Shown here in pieces: positions 27,982-38,829 of a stretch of DNA of 64,000 nt. The DNA lies in assembly GCA_003215775.1 (NCBI GenBank), contig QCJW01000008.1, positions 2,833-66,832 of the forward strand, read 5' to 3'. This stretch comes from Prochlorococcus sp. AG-409-G20. GTDB taxonomy: Bacteria; Cyanobacteriota; Cyanobacteriia; PCC-6307; Cyanobiaceae. The notes under the pieces are model-generated. The model was not told the DNA's origin. It did not search any database and was given only the letters and a program-made list of their open reading frames with translations. A program made the position numbers and the translations under genes. Position 1 is the first letter of the stretch; each line of letters starts with the position of its first letter.

Positions 27982-29781
27982 TTATTTACCTCGCTGCTTA
28001 TTCCATACCTCAAGTACTTTACGAGCCATCGGCAACGCATGAACAGATCCTCCTCCAGGAGTATTTTGTGCAAATGCAACTATTACTATCTCTGGAGAGT
28101 CATAGGGAGCAAAGCACACAAACCAAGCATGATCTGAACCACCTGTACTGTCTTCAGCAGTTCCTGTCTTTCCCGCTACCAGAGGAAAATCAGAAAGATT
28201 CAGACTTGCACCAGTCCCTGACTCAACGACCTTAAGAAGACCACGTCTTAATACATCTAGTGTCGAAGTTTCAATGTCTACCTTCTTACGATATTTTGAA
28301 GAAGTCCAATTCAAACCTCCATCAGACAAATGAGGAGTAATCAAATATCCTCCATTAGCAAATACAGCATAGGCGCGAGCAAGTTGTAGAGGCGTGATTT
28401 GTATAACAGCTTGTCCTATTGCTGCACTAGCCATATCCTCAGGAAGCCAGGGAGTTTGTCCAGGTTTTCCCCATCCTCTACCCTTCTTTGCCCAGTCTTC
28501 GTTGCCAATAACTCCCTTATTCTCCTCATAACTAATTTCAATTCCAGTTAAGGAATCAAAGCCCAATTTAGTAGCAGCATCATATAAAGCTTTTGAACCC
28601 ACACCGATTCCAATCTGATAAAAGAATGTATTGCTAGAAAAGCTAAGAGCATCTTCATAGCCAATCTTGCCAAAACCTCGACCATTATGTTCACGAAAAC
28701 AATGACTTCCATATTTAAGACAAGGAGCTGTGTCTAAAAGAACATCGCTAGGGAACTTCCCTGTCTCCATACCAGCTATTGCAGTTATAGGCTTCCATGT
28801 ACTGCCTGGGTCATAAGCATTCACAGCTCTACTAAAAAGAGGCATGCGAGACGACAGAAACAAGTCGTCATATTCCTTTTGAGAAGTAAACGACTTAGAA
28901 AAGAAATTTGGATTAAAATTAGGACGACTAGACATAGCTCTAATAGCTCCTGTTCTTGGATCTAAAACAACCATTGCACCTGCGCGTTTATCTTCTAAAG
29001 CATTTTCTGCCGCTTTCTGTAATTCCAAATCAATAGTGAGAAGCAAATCGTTGCCTGCCATTGCAGGCCGAATTCCAAGACTTCTTTGAACAATCCCTGA
29101 CGCATCTACCTCTAACATCTCCCCACCCCATTTACCACGAAGATGGGATTCATATGCTGCCTCAACACCTGTTCTTCCTATACGATCCCTAAATTCATAT
29201 CCCTTATTTGAAAGCAATGTAAATTCATTTTGTGTAATTGGTTGTGTATAACCTAAAACATGTGAGGCAAGTCTTCCATTTGGATAATAACGAAGTAGCT
29301 CTTCATCCAATTGTGCACCATTTAAAAATTGTTGACTTTCTATAAAACGTAAGACCTTAGTTTTTGCAAGATTCCTGACAAGGATAATACGAAATGGATC
29401 TTCAGTTAAGCCTCTCCGATAACGTTCATCAAGTTCAAGTTTTGGAAGGTTAAGAAGGCTGGAAAGTCGATCTCTCAAAGATGGCCAGTTCTCTTTCTTT
29501 AACAAGCGAGGTTGAACTGATAATGTATAAGAAAGGCTATTGTCTGCTAATATTTTTCCTTTTCTATCCAAAATACGACCACGGATTGGAGCTCTAGAAA
29601 CCAAACGAATCCTATTCTCATCTGAGAGTCTTTTATAAAAAGAACCTTGAACAATTTGCAACCAAAACAGTCGAGCTGTCATGGCGCCAAATAATATAAT
29701 CATCAGAGAATAAAATACTACTGATTGATTAGAGCTAGCCACTTTTTCATATCTATTACTTTCTGCAAGACCGAATTTCAT
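27982..29781 (-). CDS. Class B penicillin-binding protein (PBP2/FtsI-type transpeptidase)
   Basis: 599 aa. N-terminal transmembrane helix, then STWK (SxxK), SSN and KTGTA motifs. Confidence 0.9.
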   Translation of the reverse strand: MKFGLAESNRYEKVASSNQSVVFYSLMIILFGAMTARLFWLQIVQGSFYKRLSDENRIRLVSRAPIRGRILDRKGKILADNSLSYTLSVQPRLLKKENWPSLRDRLSSLLNLPKLELDERYRRGLTEDPFRIILVRNLAKTKVLRFIESQQFLNGAQLDEELLRYYPNGRLASHVLGYTQPITQNEFTLLSNKGYEFRDRIGRTGVEAAYESHLRGKWGGEMLEVDASGIVQRSLGIRPAMAGNDLLLTIDLELQKAAENALEDKRAGAMVVLDPRTGAIRAMSSRPNFNPNFFSKSFTSQKEYDDLFLSSRMPLFSRAVNAYDPGSTWKPITAIAGMETGKFPSDVLLDTAPCLKYGSHCFREHNGRGFGKIGYEDALSFSSNTFFYQIGIGVGSKALYDAATKLGFDSLTGIEISYEENKGVIGNEDWAKKGRGWGKPGQTPWLPEDMASAAIGQAVIQITPLQLARAYAVFANGGYLITPHLSDGGLNWTSSKYRKKVDIETSTLDVLRRGLLKVVESGTGASLNLSDFPLVAGKTGTAEDSTGGSDHAWFVCFAPYDSPEIVIVAFAQNTPGGGSVHALPMARKVLEVWNKQRGK

Positions 29782-30185
29782 AGACTTTGTCTTGAATCTC
29801 TTTGTGACTCTTCCTTGTCTTCAGAACCTATTTGTAATTGTTTCTCCAAAATATCCAAACGCTTTTCAAGCCTATGTAAAAATTGCTTTAGAGAATCTTC
29901 TTCGTCTAAATCACTCAATTCAGAAACAGGTTGATCAACAGTGACATTTACTTCCATGACTGGATTACCCAAACCAGGACTAACTTGATCCAAACGATCA
30001 CGAATTATCTTTGCATCTCGTTCACCTTCTACGCGCAGCTCCTCGAATGGATTAGTTGATTGATTAAAAAATTCAACTACTTTGCCAGGGCCATCATTTC
30101 TAAATCTTGCCATCATCGCCAGTCCAACTGGCAAAAGATCTTGCATCAAGACAAACCGGAAGCTGTCGATAGGCTCTTCAGCCAT
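29778..30185 (-). CDS. Conserved-looking hypothetical protein, translationally coupled to the PBP gene
   Basis: 135-aa ORF. Its TGA overlaps the PBP ATG (ATGA). Confidence 0.55.
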   Translation of the reverse strand: MAEEPIDSFRFVLMQDLLPVGLAMMARFRNDGPGKVVEFFNQSTNPFEELRVEGERDAKIIRDRLDQVSPGLGNPVMEVNVTVDQPVSELSDLDEEDSLKQFLHRLEKRLDILEKQLQIGSEDKEESQRDSRQSL

Positions 30186-30195
30186 ATTAAAAAAA

Positions 30196-30810
30196 CTATC
30201 TAACTACATTAGTTTGTTCAGAGGGCATCAAAAAAGGAGGGCAACTAACACTGGCCACACCAAAAGACCAGCCTCCTACACCTGCCAAGAAAATGCAAGC
30301 AAAAAATGGTGCAACGGCTTTATGAGTTGTCTCAAGACTAAGCCATTCTCTCCAACCTCTTAAAAAACGCTCTCTGGCGAATCGCTTACGTTCTCTCAAT
30401 TCTTCTTGAGAACGTCTTCGAAATGATTTTTCAACCCAACGCTCAAAGGCACGCTTTTTTGTAACAGCCATTTTTCTTTCAACTTCTAGAAGTTGAGCTG
30501 CATTGAGTTCTGGATGAAAAGTGCCAATCAACTCCAGACTCTTCAAAAACATCTCAACAGCTGCATCCTTCAGCAATCTTTCGTCATCATCTAAAAAAGT
30601 CCAATCAATCTCTGGATAGAACCGACTTCTATTCAAAGTGATTTGATCTTCACCTAATTGCCCTGGTTCACGAAGCCACCTATCTGTATTTGTATCAAAA
30701 CGACGCCAATAGAGAAAAGGGTTGATATATACAGTTTTCCCAGCAAGTTGGATGCTGTCTTGTTGTAGACGGCGTTGAAGCTGTAAGGTCTGTTCTTGGG
30801 TTGCCGTCAA
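30196..30810 (-). CDS. Hypothetical protein with a C-terminal membrane anchor
   Basis: 204-aa ORF with a TTG start. Arg/Glu-rich helical region, then AVAPFFACIFLAGVGGWSFGVASV. Lies 10 nt upstream of the next gene. Confidence 0.55.
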   Translation of the reverse strand: MTATQEQTLQLQRRLQQDSIQLAGKTVYINPFLYWRRFDTNTDRWLREPGQLGEDQITLNRSRFYPEIDWTFLDDDERLLKDAAVEMFLKSLELIGTFHPELNAAQLLEVERKMAVTKKRAFERWVEKSFRRRSQEELRERKRFARERFLRGWREWLSLETTHKAVAPFFACIFLAGVGGWSFGVASVSCPPFLMPSEQTNVVR

Positions 30811-31115
30811 TTAACTACAAGCCATTGAGCCAGACTAACTAGAACAAAACACTTACACCAGTCCTGTGACCTCATCTGTGGTGAGAACCATAAGATTGAA
30901 TGAATTCAACCTCTGGAGCTGGTCTCAAAAATAGTGAAAAATATTGCTAATATAATTGTGAATAGAAAATTCAAAGAGCTTCTTATAAGTCAAGCTTAAA
31001 GATAAAATAAATTTATATTTAGGGATACAAGCAGCAATTCATAATTAAACTAATTTAATCCACAAATCAAAAAGAGAGTTTATTTAAATAAAAATAAAGA
31101 TAGCAGTATCTTCAT

Positions 31116-32702
31116 CTACTCCCACTCTATTGTTCCAGGAGGTTTACTAGTTATATCAAAGACAACTCTATTAACGTCGCTAACTTCGTTGACAATTCGA
31201 TTAGAAATACACTCTAATATCTCATATGGTAGATGAGACCAATCAGCAGTCATTCCATCTTCACTAGAGACACAACGCAGTACAACTGGCCAAGCATATG
31301 TTCGTTTGTCTCCCATCACACCTACCGAACACACTGGAAGTAAAACGGCAAAAGCTTGCCAAATATCATTATAAAGACCTGATTTCTTAATTTCCTCCCT
31401 TACGATTAAATCAGCATCTCTAAGACAATTTAATTTTTGATCTGTAACTTCACCTAAAATTCTAATTGCCAAGCCTGGACCTGGAAATGGATGACGACGA
31501 ACTATCTCCTCAGGAAGGCCTAATGATCTTCCTACCTTGCGAACTTCGTCTTTAAACAATTTCCTTAATGGCTCAACAAGTTTAAATTGGAGATCCTTTG
31601 GTAGGCCTCCAACATTATGATGACTTTTTATTTTCACAGCCATACGCTCTCCTGTTTTTGGATCTACATTTGTTCCTGAACTCTCGATAACATCTGGATA
31701 CAATGTACCTTGAGCAAGATAATCGAATGGTCCCAACCTCAAACTCTCTTCTTCAAAAACTCGTATAAATTCAGCACCAATAACTTTTCGCTTCTCCTCA
31801 GGATCACAAACACCCTCTAATTTAGAAATAAATCTTTTACGAGCATTTATATATTCAACATTAATATGAAATTTTTTATCAAAAAAATCCATCAAAAATT
31901 CCGGTTCTCCTTTGCGCATAAACCCTTGGTCGATAAACATACAAGTAAGTTGTTTGCCTATTGCCTTATGAAGTAAAAATGCCAATGTTGAGGAATCAAC
32001 TCCCCCAGATAATGCAAGTAACACTCTTTTCTCACCAACCTGATCTCGTACTTGAGTTATAGCTTCATCTATAAATGTATTAGTTGTCCAGTTAGGATCG
32101 CAGCCACAAATATTATAAACAAAATTACGAATCATCTCCATGCCCTTTGTCGAATGAACCACTTCGGGATGAAATTGAACGCCATATAACTTGCGAACAT
32201 GATCAGCAATTGCAGCTTCTGAAGTATTAGCTGTATGTGCTAATCGCAAGAATCCATCTGGTAGCTTCTTTACAGAATCTCCGTGGCTCATCCACATAAT
32301 CGAACCATCTAAAACATTAGTTAAAAGTGCAGTGGGATCATCAATTGACAGTGGGGCCTTGCCATATTCCGCTCTCCCATGAGCTGCCTGAACACTTCCT
32401 CCTAACTGATGAACCATCAACTGCATGCCATAACAAACACCCAAGACTGGTATTCCCAAATTCCAGATTCCTGGATCACAGACTGGAGCATCTTCTGAAT
32501 AAACAGAATTTGGACCACCGCTCAAAATTATTCCTTTAGGAGAGAGACGGCACAACTCTTCTAAAGATGTGCGATAACCAAGCACAAGTGAATACACCTC
32601 TGTCTCTCGTACTCTTCGAGCAATTAATTCGGAATACTGAGAACCAAAGTCAAGAATGACAATTGAGGGCTTACGTTCTGAGTTTGGCTGTAGAGAACAC
32701 AT
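31116..32702 (-). CDS. guaA: GMP synthase (glutamine-hydrolysing)
   Basis: 528 aa. GATase domain ([10 protein letters not shown]), ATP-PPase SGGVDSS, and C-terminal GTIEWE. Confidence 0.97.
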   Translation of the reverse strand: MCSLQPNSERKPSIVILDFGSQYSELIARRVRETEVYSLVLGYRTSLEELCRLSPKGIILSGGPNSVYSEDAPVCDPGIWNLGIPVLGVCYGMQLMVHQLGGSVQAAHGRAEYGKAPLSIDDPTALLTNVLDGSIMWMSHGDSVKKLPDGFLRLAHTANTSEAAIADHVRKLYGVQFHPEVVHSTKGMEMIRNFVYNICGCDPNWTTNTFIDEAITQVRDQVGEKRVLLALSGGVDSSTLAFLLHKAIGKQLTCMFIDQGFMRKGEPEFLMDFFDKKFHINVEYINARKRFISKLEGVCDPEEKRKVIGAEFIRVFEEESLRLGPFDYLAQGTLYPDVIESSGTNVDPKTGERMAVKIKSHHNVGGLPKDLQFKLVEPLRKLFKDEVRKVGRSLGLPEEIVRRHPFPGPGLAIRILGEVTDQKLNCLRDADLIVREEIKKSGLYNDIWQAFAVLLPVCSVGVMGDKRTYAWPVVLRCVSSEDGMTADWSHLPYEILECISNRIVNEVSDVNRVVFDITSKPPGTIEWE

Positions 32703-32767
32703 ATCAACAATGGAATAGAAACAATCTTCTAATCGTTAGCGTAGAAAAAATTTCTTTTTTTTATAAC

Positions 32768-33919
32768 TCAAAAGCTTATGCCAAAGGAAGCTAGTTGTTC
32801 GGATCCACAAGAACCTGCCCAACGCAAGCATCTGGTTCGATCAAACATAGCAGCTCCTATTTCCATCGACCAATCTCCATATCGCCTAAGATAAGCAGCA
32901 CTACGAACCTCCACAAGTCCAGCAATTGTTAACCATAACTTGTGAGCCAAGACTGAATCCTTTGCTTCTAGAGCTAAAAACGCTTTCTCAACAGAATTAA
33001 CATGCGTTAAAACTTCAATCAGAGCAATAGGCAAACCCTCCTTGACTGCGATTGCAATCAATACTTCTAAACGAGCATCAGCCAAATGATGGTGAGTATG
33101 AAATATTCCACCGGCAAGCTTAACTAATTTCCCGTGATAACCAATCAGTAAGAGTTTCTGCACACCTGATTCGGCAGCTGCAACAAGCAAAGGACCAATC
33201 CAATTGCCTGACTTGATAATCAAATCAGATGAGAATCCTAATCCCGTAGCCAAATTCAAACCATTTTCTCCAATAACTAAAACCAATTCTCCACCAAAAT
33301 TCGAGATAGAACATTTACTTTTCAACTCCTGAATACTACTTGTAAGTTGATTTGGTGAAGCGCTGTCTTGTGCATAAGCCTGTGTTCCAATCAAGGCAAG
33401 ACCATCAACCACCCCAAAAGATGCATTACTTGTTCTCTCGCTTAACTCCACACCTTTAGGAATAATAATCTCTACTTGTAGAAATTTATTATTAGGGATT
33501 AATTCTCCTAAATTCAGTCTCAATAACTCTTTTGCAAAATTAGAAATACACAACTGCCCTGAAGATGAAAAGGTTCCAACTCCATAACCAGGGACTAATT
33601 GAATTTTAGAATCTGATAAAATAAGATTTCGCGCGGAGACTTTTGAAGAAGGACACTTCCATTGAACTAAGACCCATAACTCAAGACCATTTGTAAGATC
33701 TAAGCCCAAGCCAGAACTTACATGACTAATTGCAAGAGCTTGTTGACCATCACCTAGTAACGAACCTGAAATGACATTGATAGATAAAGGTTCTTTTAGA
33801 TTTGCAACTTGTATCAACTGACATGGTGAAAATGATTTGCCTACCAAAACCTGAGTAGCAGCCTTAGCAGTAGCAACCATCCAAACCGGAAGAGTATAGG
33901 TTTGACTTCGGGGTGACAA
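32768..33919 (-). CDS. cbiD: Cobalt-precorrin-5B (C1)-methyltransferase
   Basis: 383 aa. N-terminal YTLPVWMVATAKAATQ and overall CbiD-like layout. TTG start. Confidence 0.75.
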   Translation of the reverse strand: MSPRSQTYTLPVWMVATAKAATQVLVGKSFSPCQLIQVANLKEPLSINVISGSLLGDGQQALAISHVSSGLGLDLTNGLELWVLVQWKCPSSKVSARNLILSDSKIQLVPGYGVGTFSSSGQLCISNFAKELLRLNLGELIPNNKFLQVEIIIPKGVELSERTSNASFGVVDGLALIGTQAYAQDSASPNQLTSSIQELKSKCSISNFGGELVLVIGENGLNLATGLGFSSDLIIKSGNWIGPLLVAAAESGVQKLLLIGYHGKLVKLAGGIFHTHHHLADARLEVLIAIAVKEGLPIALIEVLTHVNSVEKAFLALEAKDSVLAHKLWLTIAGLVEVRSAAYLRRYGDWSMEIGAAMFDRTRCLRWAGSCGSEQLASFGISF

Positions 33920-33981
33920 AGAACTAATAGAGAAACCTTCTAGTTGATTTTTTAGAATAGATACTTGCAGATTCCTAGAAC

Positions 33982-35130
33982 ATGCAGGAAAAACTTACCC
34001 TAATGATCCCAGGGCCAACACCAGTACCTCAAACAGTACTGAAAGCCCTTAGTCAACACCCTATTGGACATCGCAGTACAGAATTCCAAGAATTAGTTAA
34101 AAACACAACCAATCAACTTAAATGGTTACATCAAACCAAAAACGATGTTTTAACAATTACCGGAAGCGGAACCGCTGCCATGGAGGCAGGAATTGTCAAT
34201 ACTCTCAGTCATGGTGAGAAGGTCATTTGTGGTGTTAATGGAAAGTTTGGCGAGAGATGGGCAAAAGTATCAAAGGCCTACGGTCTTAATGTTGAATTAG
34301 TTCAAGCTGAATGGGGACAACCATTAAATCCAAATGACTTTCAAGAAATACTTGAAGCAGACCATTCAAAAGAAATAAAAGCCGTAATAATCACTCATTC
34401 AGAAACATCAACAGGAGTTCTCAATGACCTCCAAACAATTAGTCAATATGTTGGCCAACATAACAAAGCGATAATGATTGCTGATTGTGTAACCAGTATT
34501 GGTGCATGCAACGTTCCCATGGATGAATGGGGAATAGATGTAATCGCTTCTGGTTCACAAAAAGGCTATATGATGCCTCCTGGCTTATCATTTGTAGCAA
34601 TGAGTTCGCGCGCCTGGGAAGCACAAAAAAATTCAGACTTACCAAAATTTTACTTAGATTTAAATTCTTATAGGAAAACAGCAGCAAAAAATAGCAATCC
34701 ATTTACGCCTGCAGTAAATCTTTATTTTGCCCTGGAAGCATCTCTGAAAATGATGCAAGAAGAAGGGTTAAAATCTATTTTTGCTCGTCATGAAAAACAT
34801 AGGGAAGCTGCACAAGCAGGAATGAAAGCTATTGGATTAGGCATATTCTCTGCTGAAGGGTGCGGTAGTCCAGCAATTACAGCTATAACCTCTGAAAATA
34901 TAGATGCCGAGCTTATTAGAACAAATGTAAGAAAAAATTTCGATATACTCTTAGCAGGTGGCCAAGATCATTTAAAAGGAAAGATTTTTCGAATAGGACA
35001 CTTAGGATTCGTCAATGATAGAGATATATTAACTGCTGTTGCTGCTATAGAATCAACTCTTGGGTCTATGGGATTACATAAAGCTGAAATAGGAGCTGGA
35101 ATTGCTGCTGCTACAAAAATACTAGGATAA
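33982..35130 (+). CDS. Class V aminotransferase (serine-pyruvate / alanine-glyoxylate type)
   Basis: 382 aa. LMIPGPTPVP N-terminus and a SGSQKGYMMPPGLSF PLP-lysine motif. Confidence 0.85.
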   Translation: MQEKLTLMIPGPTPVPQTVLKALSQHPIGHRSTEFQELVKNTTNQLKWLHQTKNDVLTITGSGTAAMEAGIVNTLSHGEKVICGVNGKFGERWAKVSKAYGLNVELVQAEWGQPLNPNDFQEILEADHSKEIKAVIITHSETSTGVLNDLQTISQYVGQHNKAIMIADCVTSIGACNVPMDEWGIDVIASGSQKGYMMPPGLSFVAMSSRAWEAQKNSDLPKFYLDLNSYRKTAAKNSNPFTPAVNLYFALEASLKMMQEEGLKSIFARHEKHREAAQAGMKAIGLGIFSAEGCGSPAITAITSENIDAELIRTNVRKNFDILLAGGQDHLKGKIFRIGHLGFVNDRDILTAVAAIESTLGSMGLHKAEIGAGIAAATKILG

Positions 35131-35177
35131 ATATTTTTATGAATGGTTAAAAATTCAAGCATTACAATCAAAGAATT

Positions 35178-35249
35178 GCGGGTGTAATTCAGAGGTAGAA
35201 TGTCAGCTTCCCAAGCTGAACGTCGCCGGTTCGAATCCGGTCACCCGCT
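35178..35249 (+). tRNA. tRNA-Gly (anticodon CCC)
   Basis: Folded by hand: acceptor GCGGGTG/CACCCGC, D-arm ATTC/GAAT, anticodon stem TCAGC/GCTGA with loop TTCCCAA, T-arm GCCGG/CCGGT with loop TTCGAAT. 72 nt. CCA is not encoded. Confidence 0.95.
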
Positions 35250-35331
35250 TATAAAAGTCTTTAATTGCTATTAATCTATAGATAATAAGATTTTCGTAAA
35301 AGTTACCTAAGTCAAAATCAATATTTCTTAG

Positions 35332-35556
35332 TTAACGAGGTTTGATTAATTGCAAAACTTGAGGTCCAACACCTCTAGCACGTCTCTCTTGATCTAAAGC
35401 CTTCAAAATCAATGCTGCTGAAGCCTGCAAGTCTCCTGCTTCTGCATGTTCAGAGGCTGAATTAAAAAAATCCACTGCGGCTTCTTTATAGGCTTCACTC
35501 TTGGTACGTGAAGCATCATTCATTATCGTCGGTGATTTAAAAAAGGTAGCTGTCAA
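35332..35556 (-). CDS. Small hypothetical helical protein
   Basis: 74-aa ORF with a TTG start. The more likely ATG at 35523 gives MNDASRTKSEAYKE.... No motif. Confidence 0.4.
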   Translation of the reverse strand: MTATFFKSPTIMNDASRTKSEAYKEAAVDFFNSASEHAEAGDLQASAALILKALDQERRARGVGPQVLQLIKPR

Positions 35557-35686
35557 AACTTAATGATTAATCCTTTGATTGAATTGTAACTTAGATACCT
35601 CAATCAGGTCAAACCAATACCCTAAGTATTAAAAATGGTTCCTATAAAAATTTCTCATCTATAAGAAATTCAAATTAGTAAAACTT

Positions 35687-35911
35687 TCAGGTTCCTGGCT
35701 CCTCAATATTGCCACCTAAATCAGCTATCTTTGAACGCAATAGATCAGCTTTGATTTGATCACCTCGTGTTTCAGCAACAGCCAAAGCAAACTCGAGTTT
35801 CTCTAAATAGTGCCCACCTTCATAAAAAGCCTTGCGACTATACGAAGTAGAGCTTCTATTCCATAAGGAATTTTCTGAAGTAGAAATGGTAAAAGCCATA
35901 ATGACCTCCAT
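35687..35911 (-). CDS. Small hypothetical protein
   Basis: 74-aa ORF with an alternative ATG at 35899 (MAFTISTS...). No motif. Confidence 0.4.
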   Translation of the reverse strand: MEVIMAFTISTSENSLWNRSSTSYSRKAFYEGGHYLEKLEFALAVAETRGDQIKADLLRSKIADLGGNIEEPGT

Positions 35912-35939
35912 TTACTTTATTTTGACATCCCAAGGAGCT

Positions 35940-36269
35940 TTATGCAGCCATAATGTCTTGATCACCATCATGTTCCTCAGACCAACATTCATCTGACTGT
36001 TCAATGTTAGAAGAACTTTGCAAAAGCTCCTGACATTCCTTCATAAGAGTTTCAACTCCATCAAGCATTTTCTTTTCCTCTTCAGAAGGTTCCTTGCTTA
36101 GCTCTTTGAATACAAGTTCAAGCGCTTCCTGCCGTTGTTCCAACTTAACAAGCCTTTGAGAAAGAGCTGTAATTGTCTGAGCTAGGTCTTCTGCTGTCCT
36201 AGTGATTCGAAAAGAGCAAGAATTAGTCATTTCCAGATAGAACTTCAACTTAGACTGATGACAACACAT
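35940..36269 (-). CDS. Hypothetical acidic coiled-coil protein
   Basis: 109-aa ORF with a Glu/Leu-rich heptad-like region. No motif. Confidence 0.4.
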   Translation of the reverse strand: MCCHQSKLKFYLEMTNSCSFRITRTAEDLAQTITALSQRLVKLEQRQEALELVFKELSKEPSEEEKKMLDGVETLMKECQELLQSSSNIEQSDECWSEEHDGDQDIMAA

Positions 36270-36652
36270 AACAGAAGAAGACTCAAGTCTTATTCATCCG
36301 CAAGACAAAATATTGCAAGATAAACCACTTTCACATGAGATTTAAACTTTTAAGAACAAGGACTAACAACACTACCAAAGATCATTCTCTAATCATTTAG
36401 ACAAGTACTAGCGACAGATTATTTACTTGCAGATTAAAAATATAATTAGAATAATATAAGCAGACGCCTTATCAGCTCACTAATATAGTTAGAAATAAGT
36501 ACTTGAGATTGGCTAGTTGACAGCCTAACAAGACTGTTCGGTGTTTTCTTCCATAATAATTCAGTTGCAGATCTCTTAGTGCTTGCTAATTCCTACTCAA
36601 CCATAGACAGAAACAAGTAGATACGTTACGAGAGAGGTATTGCGACTCAACT

Positions 36653-37045
36653 ATGTTGATTAATCACCCCCGTACTACCTTTGGACTAGCCGTAATAAGC
36701 TTTCTCTTCCCTGCTCTTCTAGGCTTCCAAGCTAAAGCCAACACTAGTGAAACAGGTGCAAAAGGAGCTCAGATTTATTGCTTTATGAGAAAAACTGGCA
36801 ATGAACATGAAGTCAGCTGGAATGCCTCATATGAAGTGATTAAGCGTCAAGCAAATAGCCTATTTAAAACATCCCCTAAACATGCTGCTGTAATGATAAT
36901 TGAGACAGTTGTAGCAGATCCTAATAGCTATAAAGACTGTGGTCGCTATCTTGGTGATCTTTTTAAAACTACAAAAGGAAACTCTCTAGAGGAGAGCTCA
37001 GAAACAACCAAAGTTAAAGTCAAAGAAGACAGATACAGCTATTGA
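36653..37045 (+). CDS. Hypothetical secreted protein
   Basis: 130 aa. Signal-peptide-like N-terminus TTFGLAVISFLFPALLGFQAKA. Confidence 0.5.
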   Translation: MLINHPRTTFGLAVISFLFPALLGFQAKANTSETGAKGAQIYCFMRKTGNEHEVSWNASYEVIKRQANSLFKTSPKHAAVMIIETVVADPNSYKDCGRYLGDLFKTTKGNSLEESSETTKVKVKEDRYSY

Positions 37046-37071
37046 ATAATAATTCAATATATTTAAAATTA

Positions 37072-38688
37072 TTATAAGGATTTATACAACTTACTTTCAA
37101 CAATAAACTTAAAAAAGACCGACAATGAAGTTTCATAATCGAAAATATTTGCTCTGTCAAGTAATTGGGTGATATTTTTGGCTTTTTTAAAAACCAAAGA
37201 ATCTACAAGTTGATCGGCTAATCCCAATTGAAACCAATGACTAGTCAATTTTCCTTTCATACCTATTCGATGACAACGATCTTCAGCCTGTAGAACCTCA
37301 CCAGGAGTCCAAGGTCTTTCTAGCAAGATTACGTCTTTAGCTTTATGCAAAGTTAAACCCAATGAACCAACTCCAAAGGTTGTTAAAATTAATAAATTAT
37401 TACCATTCTGAAAATTTTGAATAGCATTTTCTCTCTCCTGAATAGTTTGCTTACCTGTAAGCATTAGTCCGCCCAAGTATTGTTGAAGAAGCTCTAAAGG
37501 GCGAATAAAGCTACTAAACAAAACAATAGAGTTACCTTTTTGCAATAAATTCGAAATAAATTTGCTGACATGAGGTAATTTAAATTCTGCTGAAATTTGG
37601 CGGAGTGCAGTTAATGTAATCAATGATTCTGCTTGTGAATCAACTATACCTTGTTTTACCCTTAATCGATAATGATCTAAAACCAATTCAAGACGATGAT
37701 TAAAACCTATCGATTCTTCTTGAGTTAACGAGATTGGATAAACCTTTCTTGTTTTAGGGGGAAGATTTAGAATTGTTTTCTTAGATCTTTGCAACATGTC
37801 AGCCTTAATCAAAGGTGCAAGTTTTTTGATCCCAGTGGATACATTGTTAATACCATTATTCTTACTGAACTTATAATCAGAAAATTCCTTATCAAATTGT
37901 CCCTTATTAGAGGTCACCGGATGATTAATCGCAAGCAAAAGAGGATAAAGCTGCTCTGGGCGGCCGTTTTTAACTGGAGTCCCTGTAATCAACCAAATTG
38001 CATGCAATCGTGGATGTCTTGACAGGCGCAGTAAGGATTTAGTTCTTATAGAATTAATTGACTGAGCAAAATGTGCCTCATCTACAAGTAAAAGAGTTCC
38101 AGCAGAAGATAGTTCCTTAGGTAATTTGGCCCAACTTCGCAAGTCAATTTCTAATCCAACAGCGTTTGCTTCATTACGCCAATGTGAATGCAAGCTGACT
38201 GGGGCAATCACCATTACTTGAATATTAATTGTTTTCACGATTGCCCTTGCTGCTAAAAGTACCGTTAGAGTTTTTCCCAATCCCATTTCATCTGCTAATA
38301 CAGCTCCTTTCTTAGTCAAAAGCCATTTTGCCCCTTCTTGCTGATGTGGAAAAGGTCTTCGTCCATCTAGCAAGACTCTCTCCAAATCAGCATTCCGAAG
38401 CAAAAGCTTCCTCTTAGGAGACTTTGGTAAAGGATTGTCTAATAAACGAATCCACCTAGATAAATCATCCTGAACTAAAAAACGTCCTCGAAACTCATGA
38501 AGAAGTTGCTTAGATGAAGAAAGAGGAAATTTCCAACCATTGTCTTTCCCATACCATTGACCTTTAGGAGAAATCTTACTCAGCTTCGAATGAGTAACTG
38601 CATCAAATGGAAAGACTGCTTTTATCAAGCCATCGGATGTAAGACCGAAATAACAGGTTTCTGAAAACTCTGAGGAAGAACAACTCAT
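37072..38688 (-). CDS. SNF2-family ATPase with a HARP-like N-terminal domain (SMARCAL1-like architecture)
   Basis: 538 aa. Motifs seen: LADEMGLGKT (motif I), LLVDEAHFAQS (DEAH), ITGTPVKNG, and a C-terminal LGLTLHKAKDVILLERPWTPGEVLQAEDRCHRIGM. The N-terminal roughly 90 aa (IKAVFPFDAVTHSKLSKISPKGQWYGKDNGWKFPLSSSKQLLHEF) resemble the HARP pattern. Confidence 0.85.
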   Translation of the reverse strand: MSCSSSEFSETCYFGLTSDGLIKAVFPFDAVTHSKLSKISPKGQWYGKDNGWKFPLSSSKQLLHEFRGRFLVQDDLSRWIRLLDNPLPKSPKRKLLLRNADLERVLLDGRRPFPHQQEGAKWLLTKKGAVLADEMGLGKTLTVLLAARAIVKTINIQVMVIAPVSLHSHWRNEANAVGLEIDLRSWAKLPKELSSAGTLLLVDEAHFAQSINSIRTKSLLRLSRHPRLHAIWLITGTPVKNGRPEQLYPLLLAINHPVTSNKGQFDKEFSDYKFSKNNGINNVSTGIKKLAPLIKADMLQRSKKTILNLPPKTRKVYPISLTQEESIGFNHRLELVLDHYRLRVKQGIVDSQAESLITLTALRQISAEFKLPHVSKFISNLLQKGNSIVLFSSFIRPLELLQQYLGGLMLTGKQTIQERENAIQNFQNGNNLLILTTFGVGSLGLTLHKAKDVILLERPWTPGEVLQAEDRCHRIGMKGKLTSHWFQLGLADQLVDSLVFKKAKNITQLLDRANIFDYETSLSVFFKFIVESKLYKSL

Positions 38689-38829
38689 AGCTAAATTCTA
38701 AAGTCGTTAAAGAGCACCTAATGAGAAAGTCAAAAACCTATAAAACAATTACAAATATAAAAAGTGCATATCAGGGGACATTGACTAGCTAATAACTCAC
38801 GGCAAACTATCGATAACCGATGCACATGC

